DNA of 64,000 nucleotides from Asterias rubens (Eukaryota): NCBI RefSeq assembly GCF_902459465.1, contig NC_047067.1, positions 15,190,001 to 15,254,000 of the forward strand, read 5' to 3'. Shown piece by piece: positions 48,270 to 59,520 of this stretch (position 1 is its first letter; each line of letters starts with the position of its first letter). The notes under the pieces were generated by a model. It saw only the letters and a program-made list of their open reading frames with translations, ran no database searches and was not told where the DNA came from. The position numbers and the translations under genes were made by a program.

Positions 48270-48648
48270 TTAAAGGCGCAGGACACAATTGGTAATTACT
48301 CAAAATAATTTGTTAGCATAGCAACCTACTTGGGAACGAGCAATGGGGAGCTGTTGATAGTATAAAACATTATGAAAAACGGCTCCCTCTGAAGTGACGT
48401 AGTTTTTGAGAAAGAGGTAGTTTCTCACTCACATTTTTACAATACGTCAAGGCCTGGAGCCTTTTTAGGCATTTGAAAGCACACACATTTGTATGACAAG
48501 GGTATTTTTTATTTCATTATTCTCTTGCAACTTCGATGACCAATTGAGTCCAAATTTTGACAGATTTGTTTATGTTATGCATTTGTTGAGATACACCAAG
48601 TGAGAAGACTGGTCTTTGACAATTAACAATAGTGTCCAGCGCCTTTAA
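48270..48648. mobile_element. Kolobok-type MITE, family A
   Basis: TTAA-AGGCGCAGGACAC ... GTGTCCAGCGCCT-TTAA. Confidence 0.85.
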
Positions 48649-49719
48649 GATTCAAAATTACAGAAGACAATAATGGCTATGTAGTTTCAACGCTATGTGT
48701 GTACTACGTCATAGATTGGTGTGTGCCGGGACGACGTGGAGAGGGGTTGGGGAGAGATGTGGCTCAAAGATGGGAGCAAATGGCTTCACGATGAGTTGCG
48801 ATGTCTTTCGATTTTGGGAAAGAATCCTCGTATTAAAATTAAGCAGTGCCAGTGTGTTTTTCTCGTGTGAACGCAACCGACCTTTGTAGCTGTAAAAAAA
48901 AATACCAGCTCGATGTGTCTTGATATTTTTACCCGTCCCACAATGCAAAACTGACAATCTGTAACCTTCTGGCGTCTGTCCAAACAACTCAGTTTCATTT
49001 TATGTAAGTTTGAGGTAGGTTTCTTTTCACAAAGTAGTAACTATTTTGGCCTGGGGCCTGAAGATTAAGATGTTACCCAATTTACTTTTTATTGTCGAAA
49101 CTCAGAGCGCAGCATGGATTTTCCGTTTCCTATTACTTTCACATGTTTTTATACGAAACCTTTCCACTTCATAGTTTGACAAAGTGTTTGAGGTGGTGCC
49201 AAGGGGCGCCAAGAGTCGGAAAGGATCACCAAGCAAAATTATTGCAACTTGAAAACGGATCCCCCGAGTAGCGACGTCTAAGATCTGTCATTGGTACCAA
49301 CTGCATTACATATATAGGCCGATATATTTTTTAATCGAATAATCCAATTGCATTTTATATTTCTTTAGAAGTTCAAACAAAAACTGCTCAATCAAATCTA
49401 ATCTTTCTCCAGAAGACCAGAGCATACTGATCGAAACGTCGAGTTGAAACCAACGGTTCTTTTCAGAACCACCCCAACTCATTTAGAGATAGTCATTATA
49501 CAAAGTGTTACCGCAAACTCTTCTATATCTTATTTCCACCATGCAAAGTTTCAAATTCTACCAATCAAATCTAGTTCGTGTTGTTTGATTCTCAAAAAAG
49601 CTTTTCACGAACTTGCAAACACGATTTTTAGGGAAACGTGGCCTTTTCAAATTTTTTTCACGTGAATCCTATACGTACGGAAGCCTATTGCCAACACATT
49701 AATAAACACAACATCCCTC

Positions 49720-50114
49720 TTAAAGGCAGTGGACACTATTGGTATATTACTCAAAATAATTATCAGCATGAAACCTCACTTGGTAACGAGTAATGGGGAG
49801 AGGTTCATAGTATAAAACAATGTGAGAAACGGTTCCCTCTGAAGTGCCATAATTTTCGAGAAAGAAGTAATTTTCCACGAATTTGATTTCGAGACCTCAA
49901 GTTTAGAACTTGAGGTCTCGAAATCGACCATCTAAACGCACACAACTTTGTGTGAATAAGGTGTTTTTTTTTTCATTATTATCTCGCAACTTTGAAGACA
50001 AATTGAGCTCAAATTTTCACAGGTTTGTTATTTCATGCATATGTTGAGATACACCAAGTGAGAAAGTGAGAAGACTGGTCTTTGACAATTACCAATAGTG
50101 TCCACTGTCTTTAA
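49720..50114. mobile_element. Kolobok-type MITE, family A
   Basis: TTAA-AGGCAGTGGACACTATTGG ... CCAATAGTGTCCACTGTCT-TTAA. Confidence 0.9.
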
Positions 50115-50360
50115 TACACGATACAATGTATATATCGTATACGTACACGAATTGTTGTTGGAATGGGTCACGCGGTCACACCCTCTGCCCTCTGCCTTGC
50201 TTATTTGTATGGGCAGAGAGATTGGCTTATACCCGTGCCGTATAGTACGGCAGTCAGACTAGTCCGTCCAACTGACTATTCTGTACAGCCAAATTAACAC
50301 CATTTTATTTCCCACTGTATTTCCTCACCTCGTTTCCACACGTCGTTTCCAGTGCAAAAC

Positions 50361-51055
50361 TTAAAGTCACCTGGAAGGGAATGGTATTTTTTCAAAATCA
50401 AGCTTTTGTCACTAATATATGTGTTTTGATGAGTGGAATGTGAATAAACAGTTAACTAAGGTTTAAAAAAATCAGTTCTTATGTTATTTACAAATTAAAG
50501 AGTAGACCCCGACCCGAGAGGGCGCTGTTCGTGACGTAAATCGGGGCAGACTTTGCCTGTAATGCGTAGAGTAAACACAATTGCAAAGTACATGTACAGA
50601 CCAAGTCGTGAGTTTGTACGTTTCAAAAAAAAATTTTTTGTTTTTTTCCGGCAATGCCGACCAGGTGTATTGCTGCTGAATGCAGAAAAACACTTTTTGA
50701 AATGTACCAACTCACGACTTGGACGTACATGTACTTTGCACGTGTGTTTACTATACGCATCTGCCTCGATTGACGTCACAAAAGGGGTAGGCGGAGTCAG
50801 CCCCCAAACAACTTTATATATTTTTTAAACATATAAATCGGACAAACAATTACTAAAAAAATTGTTTTATTGTTATTATTGTTCTGCCTCGATTGACGTC
50901 ACAAAAGGGGTAGGCGGAGTCAGCCCCCAAACAACTTTATATATTTTTTAAACATATAAATCGGACAAACAATTACTAAAAAAATTGTTTTATTGTTCTT
51001 AAGCATATACTCTTATGTTTTAAAGAAAGGAAATTATATTTCGAGGTGACTTTAA
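50361..51055 (+). mobile_element. Kolobok-type non-autonomous element retaining a THAP-ORF start
   Basis: TTAA-AGTCACCTGGA ... TCGAGGTGACT-TTAA. The ATG at 50654 gives MPTRCIAAEC. There is a 123-bp-period tandem duplication (50761 / 50884). Confidence 0.8.
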
Positions 51056-51883
51056 ATTAGCAAAGCAAAATTGATGCATCAGTTTGTCCAACTGCCCAGC
51101 CAAACTTTCCTTCAGACGGAAAAAAGTAAAGCTGTCTGATTTATTTTTCCCGTAAACTATATTCTTCCCCCCTTTAAATATACTATGTCCAGAAAATATG
51201 TTGACATAAACGTCAAAGCAGGCAGCAGGTATGACGTCAGGACGTTGGAAGTAGGCCTACATGTAATAAAAAGACGTCTATTTGGGGCAATGATTTTACA
51301 GAGAAAACAAATCCACCATTAAGTACGACAAATCAGCCAGGCATTTCAAACTCCTCCAGTATTACCGTTAACCACAATATTGTGGTTTGCATAAGGGCAC
51401 TTAAATGATTAATTAACTAAAATAAAAGAATCAGGCCACTATCAGCTTTCAATTAAGCGATAGAATGAGACACCATCTGTTTCATTCTACGCGCGCCAAT
51501 TAAAACGAAACCAGTCGTAAAATTGTAACCCTTTGAACCCAACTATCCCTTGCCCATCATAAACATTAACACAGGGCTCCTATGCATGATTTGATGTCAT
51601 CAAACGGACATACCAACAACAAATCAATTTGGTTTGACATTTTTGTCTCGATATGCTTCAAGAGATTACGACCTTTCATTGAGAAATAATATTGGATTCA
51701 GAACGCCTACTTTAAAACAATGACGGATGATAATGACAGATGAATATGATGGGTGGTGTTATTGCGTATGTCAAGACATTATTTTTCCATATGAAAATCT
51801 AGCCCACGTGTTCCTTAACATTCTGATTGATTTGGGTTTTAGGATGGTTATTTAATTAACGAACATAATGTCCTATTACTGGC

Positions 51884-52255
51884 TTAAAGCCATTATACAC
51901 TTTCGGTAAACAGTATTGTCCAAGTCCCACACTTCGTGTATCACAACTTATATATAAAACAACAAACCTGTGAAAATTTAGGCTCAATCGGTCATCGGAG
52001 TCGGGAGAAAATAACGGGAAAACCCACTCCTGTTTTCGCGCGTTTCGCCGTGTCATGACATGTGTTTATATTAAATTCGTAATTCTCGCTATCGAGAATT
52101 GATACTGTTTCCATGTTTTCTCAAAAAGTAAAGCATTTCATGGAACAATATTATTTCAAGAGAAGTCTTTCACCATTACCTTCTGTAAACCCTGTAAATT
52201 ATTTGTAAATCTGTGAACTTTTTTTTTCTGTACCGAAAGTGTATAATGGCTTTAA
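51884..52255. mobile_element. Kolobok-type MITE, family C
   Basis: TTAA-AGCCATTATACACTTTCGGTA ... TACCGAAAGTGTATAATGGCT-TTAA. Confidence 0.9.
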
Positions 52256-52304
52256 CTCTGATGACATCAAAAATATGGAGTCATAATTCAATTATGTAAT
52301 TATG

Positions 52305-52580
52305 CAGTCGTGTTGTTGTTGGTGTTGTTTGTGTTGTCATGTTTGTGTTTGTGTTTTTGTTTTTGTTGTTTTTGCTACTGCAGTTGCTGTCGATGTCGGC
52401 GTCGTTGTCGCCGTCGCTGTCGTTGTTGTTGCTGCTGCTGTAAATGCTGTTGATGTTTTGATGATTTTGTTCTTGTTGTAGCTGTCGGTGTTGTTGTAGA
52501 TGTGGCCGTCGTCGTCGTTGTCATTATTCTTGTTTTTGTTCTTGTCCTTGTTGCTGTTGTTGTCGTTGTTGTTAGCGACG
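52305..52580. repeat. Cryptic (GTT/GTC/GCT)n trinucleotide low-complexity tract
   Basis: Degenerate TGTTGTTGT/CGTCGT runs. Confidence 0.85.
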
Positions 52581-52736
52581 CATAAACCTAGCCGTATGGC
52601 CGTGGCTGTGGACACGGCCTCATAGTCGATACGCACCACAGTCCAGTGATCAGCATTAAAAAAAATAATAATAATACATGTCAACAACTATGTTTCCTTA
52701 TTTATTTTCCTGATCATTGATTTATTTATCCATCAG

Positions 52737-52898
52737 ATAAATGTGAGGCCAAGTTGGATCATGGACCTTGTAGGGGACGTATGCCAAGCTGGGGCTACGA
52801 TACCGAGCTTGAACAATGCAGAGGGTTTATCTATGGTGGTTGTGGAGGCAATCCTAACAACTTCCTGACTGAAGAAGAATGTATCGAGATGTGTGAAC
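52737..52898 (+). CDS. Secreted Kunitz/antistasin protein, exon 2: complete Kunitz/BPTI domain
   Basis: TTATCCATCAG acceptor and GTAAGA donor, 162 bp, phase 1-1. KCEAKLDHGPCRGRMPSWGYDTELEQCRGFIYGGCGGNPNNFLTEEECIEMCE has all six Kunitz cysteines and FIYGGCGGN.NNF. Confidence 0.95.
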
Positions 52899-54527
52899 GT
52901 AAGAAATCAACATAGTCCCAACAAACTTTAGCCCATTGAACTTAAACATACTTTTTATACTGCATAATATAGGTTTTCTCGGTCAATTTCGGCAAATGAG
53001 TAGCAATTCTAATTCGAGCGAAATCGAATGCTACTGAAAATGGTCATTCGATTTCGTTTTATGATCAGTCAAATGTAATGTTGCGTCATTCGATTTAACA
53101 AAATAATCATTCAATTTAAAATTCATCAAAGCAGCATTCAAATTCGCAGACGCTTCTTGAGGCGGGTGTGTCACGAAAAAGAATGACGGTACGCTAAATT
53201 GAACAGAGTGCTAAAGGAATTTGACTCGACTCTAAACGACATTGAATGGCCGAATTCTGAATTTGAAACGCAGTAACAACTGGAGAGGCAAAACAGCTTT
53301 AATTCAAACACATGAAAATGAAATTGACTGCCCATTTGCCGATTTGACCAAGAAAACCTATACAAGTCTAAATTTTTGAGTGCCGAAAAAAGTTTGAATA
53401 CGGAAGTGAAAACATGGTTGAACTGCACTAAAGATACAGTTGCTATTTTGCTCCGGTTCGTTTAAATAACAAATTCAGTGGCTAACTCAAAAGCAGATTT
53501 GATGATAAAACGTGTTCGCAAACTCACTTACTTTCCCCTTATTGTTTTTGGGTTGTTTGTTTTAGATCCCCGTTCATGTTTCGATGAAGAAGACAATATG
53601 TGGTACTATCATCAAGAGTCTACGAACGGCGGAGCCGGATGTGGCGGATGGTAGGATCAAAATCACTTCCTTGTATAGAGTCTGTCTGGGACTGGGTCTG
53701 ACATCAGTAAAATGTCTGTCTGATCATGGGTCTGGTGGTGACTTAGTCTTGGCTCAAGACTGTGATTGGGTTATTGAACGAAGAAACAACACATCACTGA
53801 GTAGATGTAGGCCTACTCGTAACACTGAAAGCCATGGTGTTAAAATATCAGTCGACAAATGGTCCATAAAGGACACCATCTTATAAACTTGAGAACAATG
53901 CAGAATTTTTCTACTTTTCAGTTCGATAGACATGCACTTCTTTATTATGTCCAATTTGGTATGCGTTAAACAAAGATTTGAACATTTATTCTTTCAACTC
54001 ATAAAAATAATCTCACCATTACGATCACAAACACTCATTTGTTACATCATTTTTTTAAAGGAATTCCGACGTTTGGAGGATTGGTAGTGGTATGAATCAT
54101 CAGTGCACTTTACATCATTCGAATAAAATCAATGTTTTGTTTTACAATTTGCAGGCAAAATATAATACATGTATTTTTCAAGTATACACGTCCCTTTTCT
54201 TGCTTTTCTTAGTTCACCCCGCTAGGACGGTTATAGCAAGGACGATAAGCAGACAACTCGGTGTACTTTTTTTTGCAATCAACACTATAATTATTTCCAT
54301 ATTCCTTAATCTAACGTGAACTGAAAAATTGTATATTTCTTTTCATACTTTTGTTTTTCTTTTTCTCTTTTTGAAGCACTTGCAACGATGGATTGTTCGA
54401 ATGTTCCAGCTGCAGTAAGTTTATATTTTCTTCACAAAATAACAAGTTATTGATTGATTGTTTTAATAATATTATTTTCTGTATGAAGACTTTGACACTG
54501 ATAGCAATATCACTCATTACATTTCAG

Positions 54528-54635
54528 ATTTAATCCCTTTGGTGTGCGCTAAGATCAATTGTGAGGATAAATGCCGCTATGGATCCAAGATTGACGAGAT
54601 GGGATGCGAGACATGTGACTGCAAACCCGAACCAG
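54528..54635 (+). CDS. Secreted Kunitz/antistasin protein, exon 3: antistasin-like domain
   Basis: ACATTTCAG acceptor and GTACGG donor, 108 bp, phase 1-1. CAKINCEDKCRYGSKIDEMGCETCDC fits C-x4-C-x3-C-x10-C-x2-C-x-C. Confidence 0.9.
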
Positions 54636-55532
54636 GTACGGTCACTTACAAATGGTGATTTGGTAACCTTACACTAACAGGGGTACACGATGGGGGGGGG
54701 GGGGGACAGAATGTAATGCTTGCAAGTAGTTCAGTACATCTTGCTAAAATTTAAACACTTTGCGTTAGTTTGTAATATCCGCCATCTTGAAACCAAGCCT
54801 AGCAGAGCCAAAACCTCGTTTACGGTATTGTCAGAATATTTATGTACATGTAAGTGTGGCAATAGATTCTAGCCCCCCCCCCCCCTCCCCCACCAAAAAC
54901 GACGAAAGATGTTCGCATTCTTGTGGTAGCGCCCTCTTTTTAATCATCCTCCTCCAGCCCTTATTTATTTCATGGTGGACACAATCTCCGGGAACAGATT
55001 TCCCTTTGACATCGGCAAGACCCAACTTCGAAACGCTTACACGGTTGCTTAAAGGTTTTCCGGGTTCATGATCAGAATAAATTATTAAACAACATTGTGT
55101 ATCACAGTTTTACCGTAGACAGTTAAGCCATTATAAACATAAACACATTCACTTTTCCACTCGTGAAACTGTCTAGCCAGAAGGATGACCCTTCTTTTTA
55201 ACACTCGTTGAACTTTCTTGTAACCATATTGCACAAATGACTATGTATGACAAAGTTGTAATCTTTATCCTGTGTATAAAGGGAATGAGTATACGGTCAT
55301 GTGTTTTACTTGTACGATTGCATCGGGGATAAAAAACACCTATGTTGTATTTTGGTCTGATGCAATTATTGCTAGTGGTATGATTTGCATACATTCTAGA
55401 ATGCGGAGGTCGTGGGTTCGAATCCCGCAAAACTCTTGAAAAAAAATAGAGAATAAATATTGCTCGTCGCACCCGGTGCACTGTATGATAAAAAATAATA
55501 TTAGTTTTTTATTTATTTCCTTTTTTTTTCAG

Positions 55533-55639
55533 GCCACCTTGAAAGTTTCAGTTTCTACTGTAAAGAAGTGTGTAACTTCTGCCGGGTCAACACTAAAGTA
55601 AAGTGTCCTCCACAGTGTAGTTGCTACAACAAGATATAA
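55533..55639 (+). CDS. Secreted Kunitz/antistasin protein, terminal exon 4: 6-Cys module and stop
   Basis: Long pyrimidine tract plus CAG acceptor; phase 1 gives HLESFSFYCKEVCNFCRVNTKVKCPPQCSCYNKI*. A possible ATTAAA poly(A) signal is at 55707-55712. Confidence 0.8.
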
Positions 55640-57029
55640 GTTTAGCTTGAACTTTACATGTTAACCAATGTAATCACTGTATTTACAAGTGCCGTATACT
55701 TCAACTATTAAACAAAATGGCAATGAACATAAAGCTGAACTTGTATGCAGACTACAACATTTTCCATTTTTATTTTGGAATGTGGTTGGACACCGGTAAG
55801 GCATCATCTTTTTGTTTCAGTAGTATAAGTAAACAACAATAATGAACATTATAATTTCCTAGTGAGTTTTTTTCAACAGAAAATTGTAGCTTATTGTTTT
55901 GCTTTATCAATAACTGGCCTAATACTTGTTGGCTATGTCATATCCATCACAAAATCATTTCAAGAATACCAGTTTGATTCCTGGATTAGAAGTGGTCAGC
56001 TTCTGTTGTTATTTATTTTCATTAACTTGTTGGTTTGGTTTTCGTGACGGTGGTGGCGAGACAACTCCAACAATAGAGGGCGTTCGATATTTGCAGTGAG
56101 AAAACCGTTTTCGAAACCACGGCTTTGGTCTTGGGCGCTGGCTTGTAAGTTAATTTGAAACGTGTGCCTTTCGATAGCCTGAGCCTGAGCCCAAAGCCGG
56201 AGCAGTGGCGAAAAGAGTCATTGTATTTGTTTGATAGCGACTTGTGTGGGGTCCCTTGAAAAGTCAGTTTATTGAACCGTGCACAGAGCTGTAAAATGTT
56301 TAGGCTATACCACAGACATACGGCTCTGGCCGTGAGAGCAGCGCCCTCTTGTTCTGTTAATGGTTCGGTTTAGTAAACAAACAATAACGTCTTGGTCCAA
56401 GACTACTGTGAAAAGTATCGGTGTACAATTCTGTTATAAAAGTATCATCATAATGGTATTTACCGATTGGAGGAGAAATACTGCCTTACATCCTCAGCTT
56501 AAAATGTGCAAACAAAGGTAACATTGACAGTGACTTCCACTGTATGAGTTACACAAGCAAAGTCGAACGTTTGAATACAAAAATGCATTCCACCTGATGA
56601 TGTAACGTTTGAAATAAATAACTATACGGTTATATACACCTAATGAGGAAGGCGTATGATTTATTTTTTAAAGTTAATGTGAAGTGTGACGGTTTTTTGT
56701 GTATAGGTTTGGGGATATCGGTATCATACAAGGTTTTGGCTACTTAAAAACAACTGTTATTATTTTCTTTCTAAAGATAATTTAGGATAAGTTTCCGTAT
56801 CCCGCCTCCACTTTTTCATTTGTTATGAAATAAAATAGTATATAAGTTTACTCAAATGAGATAATAATTATTCCTTTTTGTAAAAAATTCTTGAAAAAGT
56901 GGTGGCAGGATACGGAAAGTTTTGAAATTCCCAATGGAACTTGTGAACAGAATAATGAGTGTGTCCTACCTGTAATCTTTACGGGATCACCGTGGGTTTA
57001 TCTTTGGAAGGGCTGAAGGTGAGACAGGT

Positions 57030-57420
57030 GACTTACTTGACTTGACTTAATCCACCGACGCCATCAAATATGGAGAGGAAACACTGGTCCTGGTTAGGGG
57101 TATATTTAGCCCACTATGGTGGACTCTCCCGTTTTTTTTCAATGGCACTGACGTCCTATACCAGGGCTTCTGAAGGGACACAGCTTATATACAAACAGTT
57201 CTTGACAAATTTAGTCTACAAGGCCCTTGACTGTATTCACAGTGGTATGCTTCTATTGCCACCACTGGGAATAAATTTCAGTATGTTGACCACTCTCTGG
57301 CCACGCCAGGTTGGACCTTACTCTCGTATCAGTTTCAGTTCGTGGCCCCCTATGCCAAACAGTTTACAACTCGAACGGCGTCCAAACCCTCAAGACTTGT
57401 TGTGTTTTGCTGTGTCCACT
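57030..57420 (-). mobile_element. Decayed CR1-type LINE 3' end
   Basis: Broken frames give GHELKL..QRVVN..VNTVKGLVD (CR1 C-terminal motif), followed by an (AAGTC)n tail at 57030-57048. Confidence 0.65.
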
Positions 57421-57883
57421 GTTACATCAACGTCATCTTGGTGCATAAAATGAACAGTTAACAATTATCATCTGGCAAACTTTCCAATTGACAAACACCT
57501 TTTATCAAGATAGCATGAATACGAGTCCAAGTTCCTTGGGGATTTTGTTACCTGGCTTGCTGTGGGTGTGTCCTTCATAGAGTTATAATACAGGGGCGTA
57601 AAGAGCATTGTTTTGCCGTTGAGAAAATGGTGCTGACCCATCGTATTACACATGTCACATACCAGTTCACACAGCCAGCATTGTACGGGGTAATTTTGTA
57701 TACATTTTACTCGTAGGGATTCGAACCCATTGTGGGCTAGCGCAGTTACGTGTATTGCTCTATAGTTCTATTACATAATTCTATGGTGTTCCATAATCGG
57801 TAATCAACATGGGCTGAATTATTATGTAAGAAAGCTGATTCAAGAGGGCGCTATCAGATGGAATTTCTCAAAGCCGTATGTGT

Positions 57884-58111
57884 GGGTGTGTTCGACTTCC
57901 CTGTGTCGACCCTGCGCGGTGCTTATTTGGGTGAGTCTCTGAAAAGAGCTAATCGAACAATCACACCCTCTCGTGGTGACGTCATGCACCTCGGGTCAGA
58001 AGTGACCCGTTCCACAAGCAGGGCACTTGGGGCTGACCAATGACGTCAAATCTATTCGAACGTACCGGGGGCCAATCGGGGTCGACCCAGGGAAGCAAAT
58101 CGAACGCACCT
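57884..58111. mobile_element. Harbinger-like MITE
   Basis: Imperfect TIR GGTGTGTTCGACTTCCCTGTGTCGACCC / GGGTCGACCCAGGGAAGCAAATCGAACGCACC. Confidence 0.6.
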
Positions 58112-58539
58112 TTAGACAGCTAACCATTTTTTGTGTGTTAAAAAAAACCCAGATGTGCATATACACGGCGCTGGACCAGTTTGTGGGTTGTGTTGCATTT
58201 GGACCGAAATGGCGTCCAACAACCAATGGCGCCATCATGTCGCAACTGTCTCAAAAGACATAGCTCTGGAATTTCTCAGTCGACATAAAATAATTATTGC
58301 CATTTTTATAAGCATTCCTATTTTGGACAGAATCTTCGGGTGTGTAAAGGGGGGGGGGGCACCGTAATCGCCGGGGACCGGGCGGAGACATACCACAGAA
58401 TCTTCTAATCTATACAAGGGAAACTTTATTCAGCAAAACAAGGGCGTGTGCGAGTGCAACTGGGCATAACTGAGGTGTGGTGTTATAGGGCCCGCTCAAT
58501 GAACCCGAACAAAATTATTGTATAGATGATACGAATATG

Positions 58540-59520
58540 CTCTTTTGTGTATTCTGTACCATCGACATGTCATCACAGAGCAAGCTCAAATTGTAATAGA
58601 TCCAGCCCTTCCTTTTTGGGTAATTTTTTAAACACCAGTTCCACGCTTGTCGGTCCTTCCAACAGAAAGACTAATAAAGAGCGCGGGGTTGCGGGGGGGG
58701 GGGGGGGGGTGGCTAGTCGTGTCATGCGGCGCACTATCTTGGTCATGTTCATTGTATCAAATAATACCAGCAATGAATTCAGTGTAGGCCTAGGCCTCCG
58801 GAAAAAGATCGAGACTTCTCCTTCCAGCCTCGGTTTGGTTGATTTGAGAGGGAGTAAATCAAGATGGCTGCACCATCAATAAAGGTCTATTGATCTTCAA
58901 GCGGACGTGTCGTTTTCCCAAGTTTTTCATTGAATGTCATTACTTTTTGGTGATTTTGGGAGACCAAAATAAGTTTCATCCTCTTCCGAGTGAGCAGACA
59001 CCATCCAACAAAACATTTCATTTTAATACATGTTTTGTTTCCATTCTTACGTTCGTTCGTGATTAGTGCAAAGCGGGATAAAAGTTTAAGAGTCAATGAA
59101 CAATTTCCTCTCTACTGTAAAAAGCTGTGAGGCTTCTAATTATTTGTTTTTGTTTACATTTTGAATCAGTTTGTAATGCTCCATTTTTTTTGATAATGTG
59201 TGTGACCCGCCATCCTTCCCAATAAATCGGGCTCTGCAAAGTGAACAGCGCCCTCTTTAGTTGTACTGTGCACACTGTTTACGTTCGGAGTTCCCCGACC
59301 TTCATTTCATGACGATTGTTACAATGTTTACCCAGACAGCTTTTCACGGTTTCCTTTGTTTCTGTAGACGTTAGAGGTTTATCAAGGATAGGATCGGCCT
59401 GCATGCAGAGACGAGAAAGATTTACCATCTTCCATGTCGAACTTACGCAAGTGGAATTAGAGGTATGCACACTCAAAATTGACAATCCGATGTGTGAAAT
59501 TTCAAAGTTGTACACACTAC
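58540..59520 (-). pseudogene. Possible heavily decayed transposase-like coding remnant
   Basis: Fragments in shifting frames (LLSRFALITNER, PKSND, FIDGAAIL, LVLFDT..TK..TR, FLLEGPTSVELVFK) occur in an order reminiscent of invertebrate DNA-transposon proteins with a PIN/XPG-like region. Many stops; not verified. Confidence 0.35.

Noticed and set aside
52337-52687. 116-aa Asn/Thr/Asp-rich ORF
   Set aside because: It is the translation of a degenerate trinucleotide tract, antisense within an intron.
55390-55430. tRNA gene candidates at B-box-like GGTTCGAATCCC sites (also ~42550-42570 and ~57714-57730)
   Set aside because: No acceptor stem or full cloverleaf is visible; they are best explained as SINE-head fragments.
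57884-58260. Housekeeping promoter suggested by CRE, CCAAT and YY1-like motifs
   Set aside because: Most motifs lie inside a TIR-bounded MITE, and there is no transcription-start evidence in the sequence.
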